Virus record (IMG/VR): IMGVR_UViG_3300044960_000873
Coordinates: 1-57,352 of that record
DNA: 57,352 nucleotides
Direction: 5' to 3' (one strand)
Origin: a virus
Lineage: Duplodnaviria; Caudoviricetes
Position numbers and translations under genes: made by a program. Positions 30,327 to 38,580 of this stretch are shown piece by piece. Every line of letters begins with the position of its first letter. Within the stretch, counting starts at the first letter, position 1. The notes beneath the pieces are model-generated. The model worked only from the letters and a program-made list of their open reading frames with translations, searched no databases and was not told the origin of the DNA.

Positions 30327-30596
30327 TCAGGAACCCGGCCCATCGCCGGCCGACTCGCGCACCGTCTGCGCCGCCAACCAGGCGAGCACGTCCGCCGCGA
30401 TGAAGCGCACCACCCGCCCGCGCTGGATGTACGGCATCCCCTGCGAGCGCCATAGCGCCGCGGTGGTCGCGCCGATGCGCAGCGCCCGGCAGAGTTCCGC
30501 CTCATCCCAGATCAGCGGCGCGGGCGTCTCCGCCGGCGCGACGACTGGGGCCGGAAGCCGCCGGCGCACCCGGCGGACGATGACCGTCGCGCTCAT
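30327..30596 (-). CDS. Excisionase-like HTH protein
   Basis: ELCRALRIG...WRSQGMPYIQRGRVVRF. Confidence 0.75.
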   Translation of the reverse strand: MSATVIVRRVRRRLPAPVVAPAETPAPLIWDEAELCRALRIGATTAALWRSQGMPYIQRGRVVRFIAADVLAWLAAQTVRESAGDGPGS

Positions 30597-30808
30597 GCCG
30601 CGCCGCGTTCCTGGTCGCTGGCCAGGAACTCGTGCGGCAGTTGCAGGACCCGAGCCGCCTCGCGGGCGAACTGCTCGGTCATCGGGTAGCGGCCGGCCAG
30701 GATGCGCGAGACCGTCTCGCGCCGATACCCGGTGGCATCGGCCAGCCACACCGTCGTGCGGCCCTGCACCTGGAGCACGCGGCGCAGTTTGCGCCGGTCG
30801 AACGCCAT
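30593..30808 (-). CDS. Cro-like repressor
   Basis: Small HTH (WLADATGYRRETVSRIL) divergent from cI. Confidence 0.8.
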   Translation of the reverse strand: MAFDRRKLRRVLQVQGRTTVWLADATGYRRETVSRILAGRYPMTEQFAREAARVLQLPHEFLASDQERGAA

Positions 30809-30825
30809 GCCCACCTCCCGTTCGG

Positions 30826-30935
30826 CTCATCATGGATATATCACGTTGTCATGCATGATACGGTGATGCCCGTGAGAATGTCAATGGTCTGTGGTATGGA
30901 TATTCACGTGAACACACGTGATATCAAACTCACGT
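30826..30935. promoter_or_regulatory. Lysis/lysogeny switch: leftward promoter and operator-like repeats
   Basis: Minus strand TTGACA(30884-30879)-N18-TATCAT; repeated GATAT(A)TCACGT motifs. Confidence 0.7.
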
Positions 30936-31591
30936 TCGGGGAATGGCTGGACGATCAGCTCGTCGCGGCTGGGTACAACCAGACCACGTTCGCCGAGGCG
31001 ATCGGGGTTGCCCAAAGCGCGGTGAACCAGTGGGTGAATAACGTCCAGCCGCCGAGCCGGCGCAACGTCGCCCGCATCGCCCGCGCACTGAACATGGCGG
31101 CATCCGACATCGAGGCCCGGATCGATCGACGCCGGAGAGGAGGTCTGCATGCTGCCACTGCTGTCCGGGTCGCCCGGAATGTCGCCACGTTCAGGGTGCA
31201 CGGCGTTGTTCCCGCCGATGCATTCCGTTGGGCCGACAGTGGAGGCGAGTGCGGCGAGGTGGATGTTCCACTATCCTGGCTGCAAGGCCGCGACCAACGC
31301 GAGTTTTTCGTCGTCGAGGTCTCCGGGGATTGTCTCAGTTCCCTCGGCATTGGCGATGGCGCGTATCTGTTCTGCCAGCGCGCCACGCGGTTGCCGCGTG
31401 ACGGCGACCTGGTCATCGTCCGCATCGGGGACGAGGTAACCTGCAAACGCTGGCGCTGGGCGGGTGGGCGCGTGGAACTCGTCGACGGCGACGAGCGCGT
31501 CGTCTATTCCTGTGACCCGCGCTCCAGCGAACTGCACGTCGAGGGCTACGTCATCGCCGAGATCCAACCCCACGGCAGCGTGCACACATGA
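30896..31591 (+). CDS. CI-like repressor (XRE HTH plus S24 peptidase)
   Basis: HTH NQTTFAEAIGVAQSAVNQW; S24-like VSGDCL and VTCKR (Cys at the usual catalytic Ser position). Confidence 0.88.
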   Translation: MDIHVNTRDIKLTFGEWLDDQLVAAGYNQTTFAEAIGVAQSAVNQWVNNVQPPSRRNVARIARALNMAASDIEARIDRRRRGGLHAATAVRVARNVATFRVHGVVPADAFRWADSGGECGEVDVPLSWLQGRDQREFFVVEVSGDCLSSLGIGDGAYLFCQRATRLPRDGDLVIVRIGDEVTCKRWRWAGGRVELVDGDERVVYSCDPRSSELHVEGYVIAEIQPHGSVHT

Positions 31592-31762
31592 TCCCAGGCG
31601 CGGTGACGCCGGCCGAGCCACACCACCACCGCGCGACCCGGCCGACGCGCCCCGCGAGGCGGCAATCAGCCTAATCAGCCACGCCGTATCCGTCCAGTAG
31701 GCCAAACGTCCTAGGAGCGCCCTCGCCATGCACACGGCTATGCCCAACCGTTCCGCTGCGCT

Positions 31763-32869
31763 ATGACCCGCGATTACCCCGGCGTGCGCATCCTCCCCTC
31801 GGGCGCGATCGCCTACACGATCCGCGAACCCGACCATGCGGGGATCGTCCGCCATCGCACGATCACCCGCGACCAGGTCACCGGCGAACCGTTCCGCACC
31901 CCGGCCGCCGCCCATCGCGCCCGGTTGCGCCACCAGGCGCGCATCGCCGCCGGCCAACGTCCCCGCTCGCGCGAAACAACCGGGAGCTACGCTCGCGCCT
32001 GGCTGCGAACCAGGCGCGACCTGAAGCCCTCCAGCCTGCGCGTCTACCGCTACGCCGTCGAGCAGGTCGTCGCCGGGCTGGGGGAGATCTCCCTCGCCGA
32101 GCTGCGGCCGTCCGATGTACGTCGTTTCCTCGACATGCTCGTCCAGCGCGGTCTCGCCCCGCGCTCGATCCGCCTGATCCACACCGTCCTACATATGCTC
32201 CTGGAGGCGGCGCTGGCCGACGATCTCGTCGGCCGCAACCCCGCCCGGCGCGTCCATCCACCGAGCGTGACCAAACACGAGGTCGTCGTCTGGCAGCCCG
32301 AGGAGATCCGCCGCTTCCTCGCCGTCGCCGACGCGCATGCATACGCCGCGCTCTGGCGGCTCGCGCTGGAGACGGGCATGCGCATCGGCGAGTTGCGCGG
32401 GCTGAGCTGGCGCGACATCGACCTCGCCGCCGGCCAACTCACCGTGCGCCGCACCGCGACCGTCGATGACCGAGGAAGGGCGATCCTCGGCGACAGCCCG
32501 AAGTCGCCGGCCGGCCGGCGGACGCTGCCCCTCTCCCCCCGCGTGGTCGCGCTCCTCGCTGCCCAGCGGGCCAACGCCACGAGTACGCTGGTGTTCCCCG
32601 GCCCCTCGGGCGACCTGCTGCGCCGCGACACGCTGGGCCGCTGGTTCCGCGCGCTCGTCGCCGAAGCCGGCGTGCGCCCGATCCGGCTGCACGACCTGCG
32701 CCACACCGCAGCGACCATCCTCCTGCTGCAGGGAGTCCCGGTGCACGTCGTCGCGGCGGTGCTGGGTCACAGCAACCCGAGCGTCACCCTCGCCGTCTAT
32801 GCCCACCTGATCCCCGGTTCGACCCGCGACGCGCTCGAGCTGCTGGCGCGCTACCTCGACGCCATGTAG
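31763..32869 (+). CDS. int: Tyrosine integrase
   Basis: TGMRIGE, PKS, HDLRHT, LGHS, VYAH catalytic motifs. Confidence 0.96.
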   Translation: MTRDYPGVRILPSGAIAYTIREPDHAGIVRHRTITRDQVTGEPFRTPAAAHRARLRHQARIAAGQRPRSRETTGSYARAWLRTRRDLKPSSLRVYRYAVEQVVAGLGEISLAELRPSDVRRFLDMLVQRGLAPRSIRLIHTVLHMLLEAALADDLVGRNPARRVHPPSVTKHEVVVWQPEEIRRFLAVADAHAYAALWRLALETGMRIGELRGLSWRDIDLAAGQLTVRRTATVDDRGRAILGDSPKSPAGRRTLPLSPRVVALLAAQRANATSTLVFPGPSGDLLRRDTLGRWFRALVAEAGVRPIRLHDLRHTAATILLLQGVPVHVVAAVLGHSNPSVTLAVYAHLIPGSTRDALELLARYLDAM

Positions 32870-33111
32870 CACGTTTGGCGCACGCGCGCGCTAACATGTC
32901 CCAGCATCCCCAGCCAAATGCGGGTCTGGCGCAAAACCGCGTTAGAGTTGTGTTAGCGGAAGCGCGCTTTCCGGCGATCAGCGGCGGGAAGCCGGCCGGC
33001 CGCAACCCCCAAAACCCGCGTACGGACGCCGCAGCCCCAGTCGCCAGGGCACGCCGGGGCGTGCGACAGTAGCACGCCATTGCAGCCAGTCTGTAGCACG
33101 TTTGTAGCACG
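32865..33111. other. Probable attP: arm-type repeats and a tRNA-3'-like core
   Basis: GTAGCACG-containing repeats at 32865, 33069, 33092, 33103; CCAGCATCCCCAGCCA (32901-32916) resembles a tRNA-Gln 3' end. Confidence 0.55.
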
Positions 33112-33128
33112 ATGGGCCGCTGAGGGTA

Positions 33129-33157
33129 TTGACAAACGCTGAATCGTGCGCTATTAT
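33129..33157 (+). promoter_or_regulatory. Sigma70-type promoter
   Basis: TTGACA-N17-TATTAT. Confidence 0.85.
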
Positions 33158-33224
33158 TACGCCATGAGAGGAGGCCCCGCTGGCGAGGGACGCCACAGGG
33201 GCCGGGACACGGAAGGGAACTCCG

Positions 33225-33422
33225 ATGCGCAGCCGATTCACCACCATCCGCGACCTCGTCGCCGCCGTCTACTATGCCGACCCCATGCTCTTCGAGGAGC
33301 TGGGCGAGCAGCGCGTCGAGGAGATCGCCTGCGAGGTGCATACCTCGCGCTACGAGGACATCGACGACGAGGAGTTCGACATGATCCTCGCGCAGGCCCT
33401 GCGCGAGGCGGTAGGCATGTAG
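33225..33422 (+). CDS. Small acidic hypothetical protein
   Basis: First gene after the promoter; TAG stop begins the repeat module. Confidence 0.7.
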   Translation: MRSRFTTIRDLVAAVYYADPMLFEELGEQRVEEIACEVHTSRYEDIDDEEFDMILAQALREAVGM

Positions 33423-33454
33423 CACACCCTGGGGGCGGCTCGCCACCGCCCCCA

Positions 33455-33505
33455 CCGGTCGCCGGAACTGTCCGGCCTGACGAGCCCCGCGAGGGGCGAA
33501 ACCGG
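33455..33505 (+). ncRNA. Hammerhead ribozyme type III (HH1)
   Basis: CCG-GUC, stem I GCCGGA/UCCGGC, CUGACGA, stem II GCCCC/GGGGC, GAAA-CCGG; predicted cleavage after 33460. Confidence 0.92.
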
Positions 33506-33518
33506 GAGGAGACCCACG

Positions 33519-33824
33519 ATGACCAGCAGCCGCGATGCACGCGTCCCCTATATCGTCACGCCACGCGCCGTGCGCGCCGCTCCTGACGCCGGCTACGACG
33601 CCTGGGCGGCGCTCGCCCGGGACGTCATGGAGCGCGCCGCCGGGGCGTTCCCGGCGGGCGTCGATCGCGAGGCGCGCCTCGGCCTGATCGGCCGGGCGCT
33701 CGTGGACGCCGGGTTCGTCGCCCCGGCGTTCCTCGACGGGCAAGCCGCCGTCTGGTCCGTGCCCGGGACCGGCGGCGTCGAGATCACGTATCCGTGGGAG
33801 GTCTACACGGCCATCCACGGATAG
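33519..33824 (+). CDS. Hypothetical protein flanked by ribozymes
   Basis: GGAGG RBS; bounded by HH1 and HH2. Confidence 0.75.
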   Translation: MTSSRDARVPYIVTPRAVRAAPDAGYDAWAALARDVMERAAGAFPAGVDREARLGLIGRALVDAGFVAPAFLDGQAAVWSVPGTGGVEITYPWEVYTAIHG

Positions 33825-33857
33825 CACACCCTGGGGGCCGGCTCGCCACCGGCCCCA

Positions 33858-33910
33858 CCCGTCCGCCGGGACAGTCCGGCGCTGACGAGCCCCTCGCGGG
33901 GCGAAACGGG
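33858..33910 (+). ncRNA. Hammerhead ribozyme type III (HH2)
   Basis: CCC-GUC, stem I CGCCGGG/UCCGGCG, CUGACGA, stem II, GAAA-CGGG; compensatory changes vs HH1; cleavage after 33863. Confidence 0.92.
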
Positions 33911-33922
33911 AGGAGAGCCACG

Positions 33923-34123
33923 ATGACAGAGTTGTACGGGCCGATTACCCGCGTGCGGTTTGCACGCGGGACGCTGGACATCCAGCGCTTCTTCGGCGGG
34001 TTCTTGCTGATCGCACGGGACCTCGTTGGCCACATCGTGGCCGAGGAGGCCCGGGACGACCTCACTGGCCGCGATATTGCGGCCTTCGCCCTGCGCGCGG
34101 GCCTCCTGCGCAGGGCGAAGTAA
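33923..34123 (+). CDS. Small hypothetical protein
   Basis: GGAGG RBS after HH2; MTELYGP. Confidence 0.7.
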   Translation: MTELYGPITRVRFARGTLDIQRFFGGFLLIARDLVGHIVAEEARDDLTGRDIAAFALRAGLLRRAK

Positions 34124-34234
34124 CATTTGCTTCCGACGCACGCCGGCCCGGCTCACCACCGGGCCGGCGAGAACTAGGCGATCAGTCGTCGGGCCGGGAT
34201 CACTCCCCGGCCCTCTTCGCGTGAGGAGAAAACA

Positions 34235-34585
34235 ATGGATCGCTTCGGCGCCGACCTCCTGTCCGCCGCCGTGGATCGCGCCGTCGAGGCCCTCGCTGGG
34301 CCGGCCGGCGCGCAGGTGGTCTCGGAAGCTCGCGCGCGCCACGTGTGCGAGCAGCTCGCCCAGCGCGCCTACCAGGCCGGGCGCGACGCAGCCATCCGCG
34401 AGCTGCGTACCACCGACGACGCCATCGCGGAACTCGGCCGCAGCCGGGCGACCATCACCGCCCTCGCCCGCCGGTACGAGATCGGCTGGCGCATCGGGCG
34501 GGATTGGCTGTTCCGCCCGGACGACATCGAGCGCCTGCGCGCCATCATCGCCGGCCTCCGCCCCGGCCGGCCACGTCAGTCGTGA
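34235..34585 (+). CDS. HTH DNA-binding protein (excisionase/MerR-like)
   Basis: TTDDAIAELGRSRATI...GRDWLF. Confidence 0.75.
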   Translation: MDRFGADLLSAAVDRAVEALAGPAGAQVVSEARARHVCEQLAQRAYQAGRDAAIRELRTTDDAIAELGRSRATITALARRYEIGWRIGRDWLFRPDDIERLRAIIAGLRPGRPRQS

Positions 34586-34604
34586 AGTTCCTCCTCGTCA
34601 CCCA

Positions 34605-34633
34605 TTGACAATGTACACGATACCGTGTATATT
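34605..34633 (+). promoter_or_regulatory. Sigma70-type promoter with an embedded palindrome
   Basis: TTGACA-N17-TATATT; TACACG-N4-CGTGTA overlaps the spacer and -10. Confidence 0.8.
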
Positions 34634-34658
34634 GTGGGTGTAGCCAGAGGAGGCGGCG

Positions 34659-35201
34659 ATGATCACCACGGCGAGCCCCAACAGCGCGATCCCCGGCGAG
34701 GCCTTCCGCGCCTCGCACCCGACAGACCGTTGGGGCGCGCGCCGGAACGGCCACTGGGCCGCCTACGACCGCGACGGCAACCGTCTCGCCGTCGGGGCGG
34801 ACTGGTGCACCGCCCCGACGGCCGCCGAGCTCGAGGCCTGGGACGCCGAGGCGCAGGCGGCGGCCGCCCGCGTGGCCGCCTGGCCGGTCGACGTCATCGG
34901 CCAGGCGCTCTACATCCGCTTCGGCCGTCTGCCGCGCGCTGGCCGGTCGCGCAACTACGCGACCGGCCAGCTCGAGCGGGGCGTCAGCGTCTACCGCGCG
35001 CGGTACAACGCGCGCACCGACGCGCTCGACGCCTCGAGTGCACTAGCCGGCACGTACGTTCACTACCTCATCGCCGGCAAGCGGCCCTACCTGGTCGCGG
35101 GCGATGAGGTCGGCACCGGCTCCGACGGCGAGCCGGTGCTCGCCAACGCCCGCGTGGTGGCGGAACTCGTCGCCACCCCCGACGGGTTCCGCATCGCCTA
35201 G
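34659..35201 (+). CDS. Hypothetical protein
   Basis: GGAGG RBS; YIRFG...SRNY...GVSVY. Confidence 0.75.
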   Translation: MITTASPNSAIPGEAFRASHPTDRWGARRNGHWAAYDRDGNRLAVGADWCTAPTAAELEAWDAEAQAAAARVAAWPVDVIGQALYIRFGRLPRAGRSRNYATGQLERGVSVYRARYNARTDALDASSALAGTYVHYLIAGKRPYLVAGDEVGTGSDGEPVLANARVVAELVATPDGFRIA

Positions 35202-35234
35202 CACTCCCTGGGGGCCGGTGGCGAGCCGGCCCCT

Positions 35235-35285
35235 CCGGTCGCCGGAACTGTCCGGCCTGACGAGCCCCGCGAGGGGCGAAACCGG
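35235..35285 (+). ncRNA. Hammerhead ribozyme type III (HH3)
   Basis: Identical core to HH1; cleavage after 35240. Confidence 0.92.
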
Positions 35286-35298
35286 GAGGAGAGCCACG

Positions 35299-35856
35299 AT
35301 CGAGGTCGCGTTCATCCGCTTCGAGGTCGATTCCGGGATCCTCCTTTTCGGGTCCTCTAACCCCGACGAGGAGGGCTGCGACCGGTGGGCGTCGGCCCAC
35401 CGGTTCGGGGAAAAGGTCGCCGACCTCATGCGTCGGGAGTTCCCCGACGCCGAGGTCCTCTTCAGCGTCGCGCTGCCGGGCACTGCCCGGCACGGCGTCA
35501 CGACCGACACCGACGACCCTGAGACCGTCGGTGAGGTCTACTCGTGGGCGCTCAACCGCGTGCTCGGCGAGGGAGACTGGCTGGTCTCCCTCGACCTGGA
35601 CGACCCGGACTGCCCGATCAGCATCCTCCGCCACGCCACGAGCGGCGAGGACTTCCTCGCCCTCGTGGACGACGCGCTGGTCGTCGTCCAGGTGCTGGGC
35701 CCGCTGGAGGGCCGCACGGTGGCCGCTCTCCAGCGCCGCGACATCACCGTGGCCCAGGTCATCCAGCAGGTTCCCACCTGGTGGGAGCCTGCGGACGACG
35801 ACGACGACGCGTTCATCGCCACCCCCGACATATCCGACCAGTATCCCGCCGCCTAG
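35299..35856 (+). CDS. Acidic hypothetical protein with apparent ATC start
   Basis: Same RBS context as the HH2 gene (GGAGGAGAGCCACG) but ATC instead of ATG, in frame. Confidence 0.6.
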   Translation: MEVAFIRFEVDSGILLFGSSNPDEEGCDRWASAHRFGEKVADLMRREFPDAEVLFSVALPGTARHGVTTDTDDPETVGEVYSWALNRVLGEGDWLVSLDLDDPDCPISILRHATSGEDFLALVDDALVVVQVLGPLEGRTVAALQRRDITVAQVIQQVPTWWEPADDDDDAFIATPDISDQYPAA

Positions 35857-35889
35857 CACTCTCTGGGGGCCGGCTCGCCACCGGCCCCA

Positions 35890-35942
35890 TCCGTCTGCCG
35901 GGAGTGTCCGGCACTGACGAGCCCCGCGAGGGGCGAAACGGG
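35890..35942 (+). ncRNA. Hammerhead ribozyme type III (HH4)
   Basis: UCC-GUC, stem I UGCCGGG/UCCGGCA, CUGACGA, stem II, GAAA-CGGG; cleavage after 35895. Confidence 0.92.
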
Positions 35943-35955
35943 ACGGGAGGACCCG

Positions 35956-36300
35956 ATGTACCACGAGGTGTCGAGCGACGTCGACCGCGCGGGGGCTGTG
36001 ATCCCGCGCGTCTGGTGCGACCGAACTGGGGCTGTGCGCCTGAGCGGCGCGCACAGCCCGGAGCAGGCTATGGTCGCCGAGACGGTCGGGTACCACAACG
36101 TCGTTGCCGGCTCCGCCGGCGACGACGTCGCATTCATCGGTCGGCTGAACGCGCGCTGCCCGCAGGGGTGGCGCGTCATCGATGCCCGCGCGACGTTCTA
36201 CTCGGCCCCACGGGCCGGCGCGATCCGCATCGGACAGATGAAGTTCCGCCCGGGCGGCCCCGCCTGGGCGTTATACGCGGTACCGGCGGAGGGCCGCTAG
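35956..36300 (+). CDS. Hypothetical protein
   Basis: GGAGG RBS after HH4. Confidence 0.7.
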   Translation: MYHEVSSDVDRAGAVIPRVWCDRTGAVRLSGAHSPEQAMVAETVGYHNVVAGSAGDDVAFIGRLNARCPQGWRVIDARATFYSAPRAGAIRIGQMKFRPGGPAWALYAVPAEGR

Positions 36301-36505
36301 GCAGCCCTCCGGCCCGTTCCTGCTCCGGTACAACGGGGCTACGACCTATCTCGCCATCCTGGCCTGCCCGGCCTGCGGGCACCGGGACGAGATGTAGTCG
36401 CGCCGCCCGTCCCGTGGGGAGGACCACCGCCGGATCGTCGCCGGCCACGGGGCCCGCCGAAGCCCGGCAGCGGGCCGGGCTGGCCTAGAGGACTGAGAGG
36501 ACAAC

Positions 36506-37054
36506 ATGGATCCATCCCTGTCGGTCGTGCCCCTCCCTGTGCGTATCGCACAGGGCATCGCGCGCTCCCTCCACCACGCCTGCGCGTTGGAGGCGAGCGT
36601 AACTCGTGAATGGCGAGAGGCGCGTACTCTCGCCGAACTCAACGACATCTGGGCGGCCGGGGTGTGGTTGGCCCTGGCCGAGAACCCCGGCCGTTACCCC
36701 ACCAATATGCCGCCGCCCAGGTTCTGCTGGACGGCGTTCGATGGGGGACTCGAGCACACGACAGCGAGCGGCCGCCTGCACATCATCGTGCAGGACGAGG
36801 ATATGCCGCTCCACATCACCGCCTGGGCCGGCCCAGACGGTGACCGCCCGGCGACTTCGGTCGCCGAGTTCTGGCTCGCCTACGACAGTGGGCGTCTGGT
36901 CGCAGACGCCCAGATTCTCCGGCCAGACCTGATCGAGGGGCGCGAGGATCGCGTCGCCCCGATCGGTGACCTGGTGCACGTCCTCCGGGATCGGTACGGC
37001 GTCCAGTGGGACGTCATCACGCCGGAGGGAGAGGAGGTGCTGAGCATCGTCTAA
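36506..37054 (+). CDS. Hypothetical protein (paralog A)
   Basis: Shares N-terminus and LRPDLIEGREDR with 37163-37801. Confidence 0.75.
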   Translation: MDPSLSVVPLPVRIAQGIARSLHHACALEASVTREWREARTLAELNDIWAAGVWLALAENPGRYPTNMPPPRFCWTAFDGGLEHTTASGRLHIIVQDEDMPLHITAWAGPDGDRPATSVAEFWLAYDSGRLVADAQILRPDLIEGREDRVAPIGDLVHVLRDRYGVQWDVITPEGEEVLSIV

Positions 37055-37162
37055 TCCCCCAGTCCCCAGTTCCGGTCCGCCGGACAGGGCGCTCGCGACG
37101 CCCCTGGGGACCCGCCGAAGCCCGGCGCTGGGCCGGGCTGGCACAACGAGAGGAGTTCCCCG

Positions 37163-37801
37163 GTGGATCCGTTTCTGCCAGTCGTCCCCATCCCCATCCG
37201 CATCGCCCAGGGCGTTGCGCTCGGGCTCGGTCACGCCTGCGCTGGCTACGCGCAGGCGACCGGCGAGTGGATGCGCGCAGTCACGCTGCGCGAACTCTCG
37301 GCATGGTGGACCATCGCCTACGCCGAGGGGACGCGCCGCGACCGCGAGTATTTTCAGTCTCTGGGCATTCACCCCGCTCCGTTCGTCGGCGGCGTCTCCG
37401 GATGGAGCGCTGGTCAGGACGGGCCAGTGCCCACACTGGAGTGGACGACAGCGACCGGTCGGCTGCACGTTGTGGTCCGCGACCAGACGCCACTGCCGTC
37501 GGTCATCGCACGAATCACGATCTGGGCCGGACCGGCTGACGACCGGCCCCCGACCGAGATCGTGATGCTAACAATCAGCAGCACGATCTCGTCCAACGGG
37601 TTCGTGGCCGAGGCCAAGATGCTTCGGCCTGACCTGATCGAGGGGCGGGAAGACCGGCTGATTGTGATCCCAGACGTGGTCCGGGGACTCACAGAGGTCG
37701 GTCTTGACCTCCGTAACCCCGAAGCCGACAGCGAGACCATGCCGTCGGCGAAGGAACTCGTCGACCGGGCGTTCCGGGCCCGGTACGGAAAGGATGACTG
37801 A
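37163..37801 (+). CDS. Hypothetical protein (paralog B)
   Basis: See paralog A. Confidence 0.75.
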   Translation: MDPFLPVVPIPIRIAQGVALGLGHACAGYAQATGEWMRAVTLRELSAWWTIAYAEGTRRDREYFQSLGIHPAPFVGGVSGWSAGQDGPVPTLEWTTATGRLHVVVRDQTPLPSVIARITIWAGPADDRPPTEIVMLTISSTISSNGFVAEAKMLRPDLIEGREDRLIVIPDVVRGLTEVGLDLRNPEADSETMPSAKELVDRAFRARYGKDD

Positions 37802-37802
37802 T

Positions 37803-38123
37803 ATGTACACCATCACCGAGATTCGCCTGCCGGCGCAAAGCCGCCGGATAGTCTGGAGGGGCGAAGACCTCGGCCAGGCGGTCATGGCCCTCGAGGCCAT
37901 CGCTGCCGAGGCCATCGACGACGCCCAGTACTGGCCCGAGTCTGCCGAGGTCGTGACGTACTGGCCGAGCGGCAACCGCCGCGACCGGTACGTCCTCCGG
38001 GACGAGGACGGCCTCGTCCCCTACGAGATCGACCCCTGGCGCGGGTGCACGGCCCGGCGCGAGGTCGCGCACATCGCGCTCGCCGGCATCGCCGTGCGCG
38101 ACCAGCGCGTCGGCCCCGCCTAA
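37803..38123 (+). CDS. Hypothetical protein
   Basis: AAGGA RBS; follows paralog B. Confidence 0.6.
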   Translation: MYTITEIRLPAQSRRIVWRGEDLGQAVMALEAIAAEAIDDAQYWPESAEVVTYWPSGNRRDRYVLRDEDGLVPYEIDPWRGCTARREVAHIALAGIAVRDQRVGPA

Positions 38124-38184
38124 TCGTTCAGCACGCCGGCCCGGCTCACCACCGGGCCGGCGGGGAGGAGATTGTGGGGGAGCA

Positions 38185-38580
38185 ATGACCAACGACCTGC
38201 TCACCCTCGCTCAGGCGGCCCAACTGGCCGGGGTCAACCCTGCCAGCCTCCGCCGCGCCATCGCGCGCGGCACCCTCGCCGCCACCAAATACGGCAAAAC
38301 CTATCTCGTCACGGCTGACGAGATCGCCCGCTTCATCCGCGAGCGCCGGTTCGCGGACCGCAGGAGGGAGATACCCGGTATGCGCATGTACGTCACCGAG
38401 TCCCTCCCCAACCACTGGGTCATCAACGACGCCACCGGGTGGTGGCTCGTCCCCAACGTCCCCGGCGGCTGGACCCGCCGCACCGCCTATCGCGGACACG
38501 TCGCCAGCCTCGCCCCCGTTTCCGTCGGCGTCGCCGCGGGTATGGCCCGCCTCGTCGGTTACGAGGAGCCCACGCCATGA
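38185..38580 (+). CDS. HTH_17/excisionase-like DNA-binding protein
   Basis: LLTLAQAAQLAGVNPASLRRAIARG; ATGA-coupled to tnpB. Confidence 0.8.
   Translation: MTNDLLTLAQAAQLAGVNPASLRRAIARGTLAATKYGKTYLVTADEIARFIRERRFADRRREIPGMRMYVTESLPNHWVINDATGWWLVPNVPGGWTRRTAYRGHVASLAPVSVGVAAGMARLVGYEEPTP

Noticed and set aside
32895-32920. Full tRNA gene
   Set aside because: Only a 3'-end-like fragment; no cloverleaf found anywhere in the window
33420-35958. Intergenic repeats as CRISPR repeats or simple terminators
   Set aside because: They are separated by whole genes, lack U-tracts and fit the hammerhead consensus
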